Assembly (NCBI GenBank): GCA_030248215.1
Contig: JASANG010003092.1
Span: 310,001 to 374,000 of the forward strand
DNA length: 64,000 nt
Source of the DNA: Enoplolaimus lenunculus
Taxonomy: Eukaryota
Direction of reading: 5' to 3'
The notes beneath the pieces are model-generated. The model ran no database searches and was not told the DNA's origin. It saw only the letters and a list, made by a program, of their open reading frames with translations. The position numbers were made by a program, and so were the translations under genes. Shown in pieces: positions 1 to 12,913 of this stretch (position 1 is the stretch's first letter; every line of letters starts with the position of its first letter).

Positions 1-217
1 TTTTCAAAATATTTTTAGCCATAATCTTGTCTGAATATTACAAGATTGAGAGCCGGAAACGCATTTTTAACGAATGCAATTTCTCTCGATTACGCTCAGC
101 CTAAGCCTAATGATGTAATGATATTTGTAAGCTTTTAGACCTCAGCCGTAGGCTTACTTCAATAAGTTAACAACTTTTGGCTTACGCACAGCTTAAACTT
201 ATGGCTTTAGTTAGACA

Positions 218-437
218 CACTGCAAAAAATGGTGAGTCAAATAGACTCTCTCCGAAATAGGCTTTTCCTGACTACCCAAACTGAGTCAAAATTCGACTCC
301 GCATGAGTCAAATTAGACTCAATGAATCACTAAGTAAGCCAAATTTGACTCTGGTGGAGTTGAATTTGACTCAGTTTGTGTAGTCCGGAAAAGCCTATTT
401 CGGAGAAAGTCAATTTGACTCACCATTTTTTGCAGTG
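218..437. mobile_element. CACTG-ended foldback MITE (CMC/EnSpm-like)
   Basis: Long TIR CACTGCAAAAAATGGTGAGTCAAAT..; CA dinucleotide on both sides; second copy at 21901-22115. Confidence 0.85.
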
Positions 438-727
438 CATTTAGGCATTGACTCATGCATATATTTAGGTTTTTCCAAATTTTATTTGAACGTTAACCAT
501 GCATGCATCCAGCAAGCTATATATATACTATATCCAATGTTTTAGTATTATCGCCAATTTTGTATCTAAAAACAAAATAATTTTATAATTCGCGAATATG
601 CATAGTTCGTTTCCAAAACGGTATACATTGACGTTGCCATCGACTGAAACTCACTCTAGTCACCGATCGTGTTCACTACCGACTTCGACTCCAGTTCGCA
701 CCCCTGTTACTCGGTCGCATAATACGA

Positions 728-2212
728 ATGCATGCACGCCGAAAAGTTTACCCCCACGACTGGAAGTGCCCACGGAAAAGTAAGTCTTTTACATTAGGTC
801 AGTGCTGGAGCAGACAGGGGTGGGGTTTTTTCAAAATTCAGGGTGAGGACCCCCAAACTCGCGAGCAGAACGAGCGAGAAACCACACGCGTTTTAAAACC
901 TTGGCGGTTTTTCTTTCAACAGGTTTACGATGGGACCCCTTTACCAGTAGAGACCCCCAAAATGGGGGCATTGGGGGTGGCCGTTCCGTCTCTGCTTTAG
1001 GTTTCGACCATAATTTCGGGCAGCTATCAAGATACTTTTATTCCTGGTTAACGTGACATGTGATCTAAGACTGAGTCCAAGCGTGAAGCAACGTTTAAGC
1101 GTAATCGTGCGATAAATTGTCAAACCCTCAAGGATTCTGATTATAATTTATCAGTAGAAAAGTTGTCTGGCGACGAATTCTCGTTATACCGTTTGCATGC
1201 GTTTCTAAACCTTGAGTTTAAATATTTGAGAAAGTGTCAGCCTAAACAGTTTGCAATATTTGAAACAAGAATGGAGAGGGTAAAGGATAATTTTGCTAGG
1301 CAAATTGCTTTGGCAATTAAGCGATAAGGATGACCATAGGTGTACCCACGAGCGGTATCCCTCCGGCCCAGCATAATTGTGACTTAAAGATGCTTCTGTC
1401 TTCTGCTATAGGATATATATCAGAGTGCGACCGGATATCCGGCTCCGGTTCCTGCAGAAAATCGACATCCGACTCCGGATCCGGTATTTTAACTTGCCAG
1501 ATGTTTTTAAAAACTTCAAAAGATTGAAACCAACATTTGTATTTATGCCAACTTTTTCTATCGTAAAATGTATTTTCTGTCGTACAATGTAAATGTTTGC
1601 ATGTACCCGTGTACGCTCACCAGATTTATTGGGTTTTAATAACGCTGGACTACCTGATAAAGATGACCAGTGTTACTTGATTGGCGTAAAAGTATATTTA
1701 CTGTTATTCGTAATTCTAAGTCTAAACTTCACCCTAAAAATATGTCTATGTCTAAGCTTAAGCCTTAGTATATGTAAATAATAGCCTTAATCCAAACCAT
1801 GGATGGACGGTCTCGGTCAATTTTTGGTCATCACCGAAACAACCAAAATTTTATTAGACTAGCGGCTCAGGCATTTTTTTGGTATCTGGTCGCACCCTGA
1901 TATATCTTTTGACTGTTGTAGGACAAAATGATAAAACTACGGGCAATACAAAGTAAGCGTGATTGCAAATCTGGGCCATTTAAAAATGTCTGATTGTCTT
2001 TAGGTATGTGACTCAGGATTTGTAAAATCGCGATATTCAAAGTTGTATTAAGCCAGCTTCAGTGTCCTTAAAATGTGATTAAATAATTATTTTAGGTTCT
2101 GTGGAAAAAATCGAAAATCCAAACGTTCAAAATCGTTACAATGGATAAATGACAAAGAAAACGAGTTATTGGTGTTGCCAGTGAAGAAAGCATCAGTTTC
2201 AGAAATCGATAT
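728..2212 (+). CDS. GRAMD1: Probable distal alternative 5' coding exons of the GRAMD1 gene
   Basis: Exons 728-779, 1922-1952 and 2096-2212 each end in a GTAAG donor and splice into one open frame (MHARRKVYPHDWKCPRKRQNDKTTGNTKFCGKNRKSKRSKSLQWINDKENELLVLPVKKASVSEID). The last ends in phase 2, matching the acceptor at 18897. No homology recognised. Confidence 0.5.
1421..1899. mobile_element. hAT-type MITE
   Basis: CAGAGTGCGACCGGATA..TATCTGGTCGCACCCTG termini; flanks ATATATAT/ATATATCT (7/8 TSD). Related copy at 58522-59072. Confidence 0.7.
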
Positions 2213-2477
2213 GTAAGCGCTTTTATTGTCTTGAATTTTTATTTTACTTTCCATCAAATATTACACTCGAACAGGGAACATTCTCGATATCCTGGTCGAT
2301 AAATTTATTGGCAGCATTTATGAAAATTGGTTTGGCGTTCTCATTAATATTCCGTCCATCCTTTGCTTGGAACTATTGATACCGAGACTGCCTTTCAAAT
2401 CATATCAACTAGTGCAATTTGTATGCAACCGTATTTTCCTATTTGCAAGAGTATATACGTCGAATTTTATATATATA

Positions 2478-4281
2478 TAGTAAACATGTCTTAGCTCGAC
2501 ACTTTGAACCACGAGATATATTATGCACATACCGGAGCTTGGGTTAGGTCGACAATTTGTGTTTGAAATGTCGACACTGAAACGTAGCAATAGTTCAAAG
2601 TTTTTTAAAGCAAAGAAAACTATATAAATGAAATAAAACATTGAACTAAAAGTCAAAGGCGTAATCACAAGCAAACTAGTGATCACTTGAAGGTTTTCGG
2701 TTTGAATTTCCTCAAGCCACACAAAAGAAGTTGTAAATCTTTATTTTGCTATAACTCAGCAGTAGTTAACAGTACAATTTTTACTTCTGTTGAAATTTTT
2801 AAAAATTGTGTGTTGAAATTTTTAAAAATTGTTTTGAACAGTATACAAAAGCAATAAAAACAAACATTTGGATTGCAGTAACCTCATAAACAAACACAAA
2901 TGGAGTTTTTGCTTTAATTGTTTCACACTGTCAAAACATTTTCTGGTAAATATGTTTCTTTTGTAGCGACTCCACAATCTTCGTCATGTCCCCACTCTCA
3001 GCATTCAATGTACTGTAGCTATTTCCGATTGCTGCGATCATTGGAATAATAAGTCACACAGTGACTACACTTCCAATCCCGCTTTTTGTTCTTTTTTGCA
3101 GAAACCATTGAAGTAGAAGGTTTTTCTGGCGTTGAATTCAGGACACCCTTTGGCTCCGCATGCGACCCAATCGGTCTTTCGCAATGTTTTTTTGCTATCA
3201 ATCGGTTCCACAAGACTTGAAAATGTTACTCTACACTCGGAACTTGTCTGGTTTTCAACATGAGACATGCCTTTATTAACAACATCAGCTTGAACCTGCT
3301 GCTGGGTTCACGTTATAACCGGCCAGCTTGGCACACGTTTTGTCCCTATTAGACTATCGGGTAACATTTTGTCTGCTTATAGACCCTGTACCGTATTCAA
3401 ACATTCGTATTTGTCTGCTGTTATCATGTGTGGGTCACCTTTTGTTCAGTATCTATGATATTCGAGGCATTGTCTGCGAATATTATGATATACTTTCAAA
3501 TGTCTGCAAACTTGAGGTAACATACCCAAATTGTCCTGTTGAATATCATATGATACTAGAATATGAAATTTGAATTGCAACACTGATTCTAACCTATTAC
3601 ATTATTTTTCAACTTTACTTTTAATTAGGGGTTTGGCTTTTGCTTTCTCACAATAGGCAGGCGGGTTGCAGTTCTCTTGGGCGGCCGGCAGGTAATTTTA
3701 ATCCGTACCATAATAAACTGCAGTTATTAACGTGACTCTTAGAAACAATATTACAGCTCTAAAGTGTAAAAGTAACATCTAATTACTTGGTTTAAAAACA
3801 AAAATTATAGTGTCGACATTATAAGCAAGTGTCGACTTAACCCGAACTCAGTGTCAACTTAACAAGAGTAAAACAAAATTTAGGGTTGGTTAAGAAAACG
3901 GGCAATGAAAGTTTTCTATCAAACCCAAGCAAAATAAAACTTATATTTTCAAACGTAGCATACTCTGGCGAATTTGCAGATGCAGAATTGGACCATTCGC
4001 TTGCGCACACAGCTCAAAATTTGCCAACAAACGTTACGTAAAAATGAAACACTTTACGCTGATAACGTGCCGAAAAAGAGGATATCACTTTACTAGCGTC
4101 CAATTCGGTTTTGCGATCCCACAAATCCGTGTATTTTTAGCCAATAAGAGAAAAGATGTTTGTCAAACATGTGTGCAAGTTTCATTTGCATTAACCAATG
4201 AAAAAGCAGCATAAACCAAATATAGTGGAGAAAAAATCTCCGTCGATTTTGCAGGAGTGTCGACCTTAGACACGTTTACTA
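2478..4281 (-). mobile_element. Internally deleted Tc1/mariner (pogo-like) DNA transposon
   Basis: TIRs TAGTAAACATGTCTTAGCTCGACAC and GTGTCGACCTTAGACACGTTTACTA (22/25 match), TA on both sides, subterminal GTGTCGAC repeats. Decayed minus-strand remnant KKNKKRDWKCSHC..YSNDRSNRK*LQYIEC*EWGHDEDC at about 2960-3100. Confidence 0.8.
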
Positions 4282-7200
4282 TATTGCGCTAAATCGAAAT
4301 GTGCCCAAATGTTTAAAATTTTGCTGCAGATTGCACTCGTTTCAATTATAATTGCAAAACGATCAAACACAACATGATTAATTTATCACAAAGAACTTTC
4401 TATTCGCCGGCGATATTGTGGGATATACAAAAATATTCGTTTTAAAATAGATTTTTGTTTCTAAGTATTACTTTGGACTATCAAAATAGGTACAATGATA
4501 AATTTAAACACTGGGTATTAATTAAATCTTACCGTCAGTCATTCTACGAAGAAACCTTTTTTGTAACTGTTATAGACCGAATTTAGTGCTTAATTTGAAA
4601 TATACTAGTAACGGGTAACTTAAAAATCAGCCATAGAGTGAAATAAGAGGTTTTTACTATTTGACAAACCATATTTACCATTTCTTCAAAGAAATAAGCA
4701 ATAAGTTTGCCGGTTACTCACTAAATGGTGCAATATTGCTCGTGGATGGTACGCGTCTATAACACATCTGTTATTGGAGTTTAGCTGTATATATAAAAAA
4801 CCTTACAAACACGCGTACCATACCCTAGCTAATACATATCTTTCACGTATATAGAGACTTCGCATGAATTAGTATTAATATTTTCGGAAAAGCCTAACCA
4901 CATGATCAGAAAAGGGTCGTTTCCAATTCGTGTTTATGTTTTACCCCACTGTGCATTGATGAGTTTAACTTCCGGGTTGCGCAAGATGTTGTCATGGATT
5001 CCCAAAAGCACTTAACGGGTTTCAGTTTCAAAATATATAATGTCACATTGCCACAATGGCAGGTGTCATTTACGTCATAAGCTCTAAAAACAAATTGCGA
5101 TCTTTTTTCGCCTCAAGGCCAAGCTGTTCGTGTAAAATGCAAGCGCAAGTTCACCTTGCTAGGGGGTGTTAAGCATATTTCAGAAGGTTCATACTACAGT
5201 TTTCGATGGCGTACAAGCAAGATTGAAACAATTTTCTAGAGAGGCAAAAGTCTTCCAGGGGGGTGCTGATTCCCCCGGCCACCCTCTGCGGACGCGTCCG
5301 CAAAAAAGCACTATAAAGATTTTATATTTTAAAATTTGTCTTACGATGCTTTTTTTTGCATTTTCTTATGTAAACAGTTTATTAGTTCTGGAAAATTTAG
5401 AGTGACGCTATATATTTATATTTAATGTTCCACGCATCGCGAACATCTTCCATGGCCAATAAAATCATCAGAATGTATAGCGTTTACCTCAATTCAAATT
5501 TTAACTTTGCTATGTTGATATTCTATCTGACCATTCAGTTCTATTTTAAGTTGTTGCAGACCTTAATGATTTAAAGTGACAAAGACAAATTTTTCGAGCA
5601 GCCGTATTAGCTACGTCTTTGATGAACAATTTCGATTTACTGCTAGGTACTATTTAACAGGACAACACGTTTATATTGAAAATATAGTTTTGACAAACAC
5701 CAAGAAACGTTTTACAATAGCGTTCTGCTGCACACTAGTTTAGGCTTGCGCTATACGGTTTTATTGAGCCGTACATCGGTGCGCACGATGTCCGTCGCAC
5801 TCCGCCGTCCGGTGACGCGCAGCAGCGTACGGCAAAAATGTTACCGTCCACGCTCCGGCGTCCGGCGACGCACGGCGAGTATAGCACATCCTTGCCAAAA
5901 AGCCGGAGGCAGACCTCCATTTGCACCATGGTGCCAGCCAATTTGTAATCTCGGAAATGACCATAACTATAGTTTTGCATATGTATAGCTGAGGCGTGGA
6001 CCGTATTTACTCGAGACTGCAGTACGTGAGCTTAAGCTTTAGGTTACATTTTTAGGTTTAGGCTTAAGCCTAGGTTCAGTAATATGCGTATTGTTACTCT
6101 GAGGGAGGCTTTGGCTTATGCTTAATCTCAGGCTAATGTATACATGCTTATTATTACCCTGATCTGAGCATGGAACGCTAGTTCAAAGTCGAATATACAC
6201 CTGGGCGCTAATTAGCTAGATTAAGAGTGCCTAAGTATATACGTTATTCAATTTATATACCAGCAATATTTTTGATCCACATATTGACCAATGTTACCCT
6301 AAAGGCCGTCCCATTGTCCCTTGGTGGATATTATATAATGTTCTAAATCCCTCTCTAGGTTGACTCACTTTCGTTTTTATAGCGTTGTTGAAAACAATTA
6401 AGGTATATACTTGTTCAGTTCCTTCATCTTAGTGTTACAATTTGCTAAAGCGCAAAAGTAATCCCAGATTAGTGTTTATTGTTTTTCAAAACCTTATGTC
6501 CAAGCCTAAGCTTGTGGCCAGAACTGAACTTAAGCCTAAACCAGACGGCTAAAGCGTATGTATGTTTTATTGTTCCAGTCTTATGTGTTGGGCAAAATAC
6601 AGCCGGAGATAAAAAATACCATACCAGTACCGGAGCCGGAAGTCAACTAAGTTTGCGAAAGCCGGACGTGAGGCGAAATTAGGTAGTTAAAATGATGTTT
6701 AATTTGCTAATTTTACCAAATATCTGTAAGGAGTTGTCGAATCTTTTGGTGTTACGCTTACTTTTTACGAAATGTCGATAATTATTGCCTCAAAATTGAA
6801 ACAAAAGTTGAAACAAAACGCACCAAACAAATACATTTTGTAAAAATATGCAAAATTTCTCCACCGAAATTGCCGGAACCTACTGCAGAATTTTTACTGT
6901 AGCCGGAGCCGGAGGTAGACCTCCGGCTGTGTCCTGTTGTGAAGAAACTTTTTGTGGGAGCAGACCAAATGCCAAAAATGATAGTTGGGTGATAATTAAC
7001 TCTCCTGTCCGAAGTATAGAGCTGGTCGGATATCCCGAGCGATTAGCAATAGTATGCCCGATGCCGTTGTTTCGAGGTAAGTGCGTCCCCCGTCTATTAT
7101 TAAAAATGTGTTGGAATTGCGGGAAAAGTGCTACAGGGGGTTACTGAAAAAGCCCGGTGCCTACTATCATAGGTTTATTTAAGTTTATGCACTTCACTAT

Positions 7201-9152
7201 AGTATCACTTCCGATGTCAGCTTAGTTGTTCTAGTGACATTTGCCTTGGCGTAGGCGTTTTTTATAACATCCGCCATGCTGCTTTTATGTTTCCCGGCTG
7301 TATAAAGACGTTAATGTGCATTACGGACGCGAGACCGTATCGCCAAAGGGTAGAATCGAGCCTCAGCCCTACTAGAAAAATGTTGGCTCCTCTTAGAAAA
7401 TTTTTAACCTTGCTTGTAAGTCAACGAAAATCATTGTATGACCCTCCTGAAAAATTTTTAGCCTCCCTAGCGAGGTGAGCTGGCTACGGCCGTGTATGGA
7501 CGACTTTTAAGTTTTTATTAGAAATCAAAACTAGATTTCGGCATCACATAAGTAAAAGTCTGATAGTGTCTGAGCATAGGCAACCACGTGTGGCCTAATT
7601 AATGCTCTCTAAGATTTATGTTTGTCAGTGTGTTAAGATTTGAATGCTCTTAATTGTAACCAGGGGTAGACGGATTTAGGAGAACGCCGGGCTGTGCCCC
7701 GCATCAAAAAATTCAGGGTGGAAAAAATGGGAAAGTCCAACCAATTTACCATTACAAATTTTGAATTTCGTGCTAAATACAGTGGCGTTTGGCTTCATGC
7801 TCACCAGGTTTCTTTCACCATTCATATTGTGCGTCCGCCGTGAGAAATTTCTAAATCCGCCGCAGGTTAGTACTGTTCGAAGCGATTGAAATTTAATTAA
7901 CGATTGTATGAAATTTTAAAAATGTTAATTCGAATGATTTTTACTCTAAGCTTCGCTTGGTTTTTGGTTACCATCTTAAAAATTGCTTGTTATGAAAAGC
8001 ATGTTTCTCTGATTTGATTTATATTATGTATTAATGTTTATCCAGAACCATGACTAGGTGGTTCGAGGACTACTTAGGTAGTTGTCGATCAGGTCAGTAG
8101 CAAGCGAACCATGCTATAGATGGGCTAAATATTATTCAAAAATTTAACACCATTCGACTCAGCTCTACATGCTGCGTTGAATGGTATATATCTTGTCTAA
8201 CTTTTTGACAAAAAATTTGTGTCCCAAGGGGGTGCCTAAGGACCTTAAAATATCTAATTTTTCAAAAACTAGGGCATAGAATGGTCAGGGAATGCCGTGA
8301 TAAGCTAACATGCCAAAATTTTATAAACCAACCATTTTTGAGCAAACGCCGGCTGGGCGGCGGATAACCTAAAAACCCCAGCACCGCGACGGACGGCGCC
8401 GTACGGGTGACGGATGGCGCACGTCATCAAATGTATAGCGCTACCCTTATTGATATCATAGGCGTCGTGCAAACTGCCCACGAGCGAAAATTGCAGATGC
8501 GTATATCGACGGACACTAAAGATATAAATTTTTAGGAATAAACCACAAAATTGAAAGTTGGCTTAGTTTCCAAACGGAACTCGTTTCGAGCGGAGAAAAG
8601 GGATGCGTCCGCGCTCCCACCTACCCCCCTCAGCGCACGGCTATGATATTTCCAGTATTTAAGCATACGGCAGTGGGAACCTCATTTTGTTAATGTTTGA
8701 AGTTTGAAGTCGATAAACAACAAGTGTTTACAACGCTTAACGATAAAAATAAATGGCTACAATTGTTTCAGTCTGGATAGGAAACGCATTATAGTTTGGT
8801 TTGGCATTATTTAGCGAAATTCTACAAAAGGCATAATGCGTGTTATACTTAGTGTTGGTTTTGAACCACAAATCTAATGTTTACCTCATTGAAAATGTAA
8901 TTTCATGCCAAAGTAGACAGAAAACGATATTATTTAACTGATGTTTATAAACGAAAAATAATTGTGTGCTTGTCGTTTATCGAAACTTTGAAAGAGAAAT
9001 ATATTATATAAGTGCTGTTTGTGAGTTAAAATTTTGAACCAAATCACACGAAAAGGGCCAGATTGATAGATAATAAATGCTAAGTATTGGCCATCAGTTT
9101 AGGACTTCGGTATATAATATATCTATATTAATATCTGTGCAACGTAAAGCTT

Positions 9153-9226
9153 AAGGGTTGCGCTATACTTTAATAAACCAAACCGGCAGCCTGCGGCGGC
9201 GCGCGGCAAGTATAGCGCAACGCTTA
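9153..9226. mobile_element. Small PIF/Harbinger-like MITE
   Basis: AAGGGTTGCGCTATAC..GTATAGCGCAACGCTT inverted termini in TTA/TAA context; relatives with GACGG/CCGTC cores at about 5740-5895, 8380-8447, 20718-20926 and 23770-23930. Confidence 0.6.
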
Positions 9227-11486
9227 GAGATACGTTGCTGTCGGCATAGCGTAATGCCTCGATGTATAATAATTAGTATAATCAGTTACGTACGAATCCT
9301 GTAAGCTAGAAAAGGCAATCATTTTAGTTGTTTTTCTTATAAAAATAGCGGTTCATGTTTACACAACACATGGGCGTGTCCATTGAGAGACAGCAGAACT
9401 GGGGGACTTAGAGACTTGGAAACGTAAGTTTAGGCACATGATTAGGCTTATGTTTACGCTGAATTGGTTTAGGTTTTGGGTTAGGCTTTAACTTAGTAGG
9501 CAGGTCCTTTTTTGTTAACATGGGCCAAAATAGCTAATTTTTGCCATTTTAGGTCAATAGTTAAGTATTAGTTTGTAGGTTGGGTAATTGTGAACTTTTC
9601 ACCTAGTTTAGCTCAGTCAGGCACCTTGCCAGTTTGATGGTTATGCTTTCTGCACTAAAGATATTTATAGTAACGACTAGGCCAAACTGGCACTTGCCAT
9701 GTGGGTAAAAATGTTGTCCTAGGACCATTGACAGGAGCTTGGGATTTTAGATGCCGGCAATTTTTTCAGCTGCGTTTTTATTTGTAGGACTAGCCTTGTA
9801 AATTATTTTTGCAAGATTTCGATAACCTTAAAAATTCAAAAGCCTAAATGAAAAGGTACAAAATATCGGAAGCTGACTGCTCACGGTGTAAAAGAAGTTC
9901 TTACGATGAGTTCACAAGTTATTCAATTCTCCAATAAAAGTGAAGGCCCTAATAAATAAGTAAAATTATTTAAAGTCAATTCAGCTGTGCTGTTTGATGT
10001 ATTATTTTTGCCGAAACGAGTATGTATCAATACTATTTTTTCTTAATCCTACCCGTGCAATTAAGAATTGCTAACATTTAATAATCGACGCTTTCTAAAT
10101 TTATAGCACGAGCTTATAACAGACCAATATTCAATTAAACATTTTAAGCGAGGCAAAAATCCAATAAGGGCGTGCTAGAATTACACCATAAACAAATCTT
10201 TTATGTGTTCACCTGCAGTCTTTACGGTAGTCTTTATACTGATTAATTATTTTGGCTAAAAATGTCATTTTATCCTAAGGTGAAATGTTTAATTTCCGAT
10301 GTTATTATTCAAAATGCATGTTTTATTACCTTAGAAATGTACGTCACTGACGAAAAACACAGATGATCTGTTTTGGGCAGGTTTTACCGCGCAGTTTGGG
10401 ATGTCAACGTAACATTGGCCATAATTTCTATGCGTAACTATGATGGAACGGTGCATTTTGTGCATTGCTAATATTTACTATGAATAAAATCTAAATATGT
10501 TGTCTCATCATTAATCAAATTTTACATTTTCGTTCAAAATGAAAAAAAATTAGTTTAGGTTATAACTATGCTCAACAGGGGCATATAAGCGCCTGTACAA
10601 GGAGTAGTGCGATAAATTCTTTTTCAATTTCTGAAGAAAAGGGAAATACACTTTTAGAGGCTTTAGAAAAGCTAGCTAGAACCTGGAGAGGTCAAGAAAG
10701 TTTTCGATCGTTTGTGAAACAATTTGACTCGACGTTATATGTTTCGAAATGAAATCCTTGCTACGTCCCTGTCCTGATATTTAACAGATTTTGCAGCCAT
10801 CAATCCATATCATTAAAGCTAGAGCGCTCCACATTGACTATCATATATATTTGTTAAAATTTAGCATATTTAATCTATTTCTTTGGTCATGTTAAACTGA
10901 ATGCTCAACCGGAGAAGACGACAACACGACAAGCAGAGTTATCTGTAAAAGGATTGATAAAGGGGATAATCCTCACTCGAAATTTTATTGGATACAAGAA
11001 AAAAAGCACTTTTAACAGGCTTTAAGATAATATTGGTGAATGTGTTTTACAGGTCAAAAAATTTTCTCGCTCGCTATGCATTCTCCGTGAAAATCATTTA
11101 CATGTGATTATTCCCACCCCAAAAAAACGGTGGCTACGCTCCTGGTAGCATGATTGACAAAAGCTGTCAGACTGGGTATCTCACTTTTCAACAGTTTAAT
11201 TTATTTGCAGTCTTGATTTCACTAATAGTTGCTTGAAGCAGTCAAAGTTATTGTTTTACACATATTCCTGTGACGGTAGGCGTGTTTTAAAATTTAGGCT
11301 ATCTCAAATCGATATCTGTTCGTAACACGATTTCCTAATAAAAGAAAAAGTACTTTAAAATCTATTTAATGAAAGTTGGAGTACCCCACATACGTATTTT
11401 GGGCAAGTTTCAAGCATACTATAGTTCATACCACACAGACGGAAAAGTTAGAAAATTTGTATACAGATTTTTTACCCATGTAAACA

Positions 11487-11668
11487 TCAGGGGCGGAACG
11501 TTTTCTATGGGACTAGAAAAGAGTAAGTTTAAGCTTTAAACTATTTGTTTGCTTGACTTAGGCTTAAGTTTAGGATTACACTTAGGAATATGCTCATTCT
11601 TACGCTTAGGCTTAGACTTAGGCAAGGCTTAGGCCGAGGAATATGCTTATAATACTGTTCTGTCCCTG
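11487..11668 (+). mobile_element. Dispersed CAGGG..CCCTG-ended MITE carrying degenerate (TTAGGC)n
   Basis: CAGGGGCGGAACGTTTT..CTTAGGCTTAG..GGAATATGCTTAT..CCCTG. Further copies at about 20000-20290 (tandem pair), 22510-22650, 30610-30790, 37465-37608 and, inverted, 56880-57035. Confidence 0.7.
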
Positions 11669-12913
11669 TTCTTTAATACATGGACCGGTTCGGACCAGTG
11701 CGGTGGCTGACAAAAATATTGTTTAATATTTTACTGCGCGAACTTCCATGGTTTAAAAGGCAAAATTTTGCGAACAAACGGGCAATTAAAATGGCGTTTA
11801 TACGTTTTCTGAGAAATTTGGATCGATTTCCCTTCTCAACAAGTTTTATATTACGAATCGAAACAGTAAATGGCAATTGTTGAGTAATTAAGCGATTAAT
11901 GAGAGCGTCGGTTGGTTTACGATCCAGACAGTCGGTCCCCTAAAGCCGCGCCCGTTCGGTTCAGACTGCGAGCGGTCCGGACCGGCGTTACTTGGCTGGC
12001 CCGGTCCGCGGTCTATGGCAGGATACAAGTTCTTTGCCGGAGATGGTCAAGTTTCGTGCTGAAGCCGGAAAAGTTAACTTTTAAAAAAATCGGTACCGGT
12101 GTAGTCCACGTGTTCTCTCGGTGCCCATCAGTCATTATACAGATGCGAGTTTATACTCACTCTGATACCGGTTCGAACCCGTTCGCACCCCTCCATTCTC
12201 ATTTGCATTTTTATTTTTCTCGTTTGCACTGCTACGAACCATCCCACAGTTTGCGGAGCACTGGTGTATTCGTTCGAGAATTAAGCGATATATTTTCTAT
12301 TGAAATGTTCTATGGTATCTTTACAGGCTTTATAATAATCTACTGGACCCTATGGGGTAAAATATTTTCTCGCTCGCTATGCGCGCTCAGCCGTAAAAAT
12401 GTTCTTGCTTGAGGTATATATATGCTCTTCTGACTAAAAGATTGTGCATCAGACGAAAACACCTATTTTTTGTCGAATTTGCAGATATTACGTAGCGTAG
12501 CTTTATATTTCCACCTGTAATAGAGCAATAAACGTGCTTTCGAAACTTTGCGAAACTGTAGTGGTTCACAAAATGTCAATGATACAACGAAATATTACTG
12601 AAATTAAGTAATATTAACGAACTGTATTGAATTAAAAATTGAATAAAAAATTAATTTATTATCTTAAATTTAACACAAAATTAAATGTATTGTGTTAAAC
12701 TTCACATTAGTGTTGATTCGCATCACAGTAAAATTCAGTCTCTTCCTCATTCGTATTCACAAAATGCCGCTGATGCAACGAAACGTTACGAAATCGAATC
12801 GAAACACTGCGAACCATATTACAATATAAGAGAAAAAGTTATTAACTATTTTAAGTTTAACTAAACCTACGCCATCATCGTGATATTTATAGATTTACTT
12901 GAAACTTAACAAA

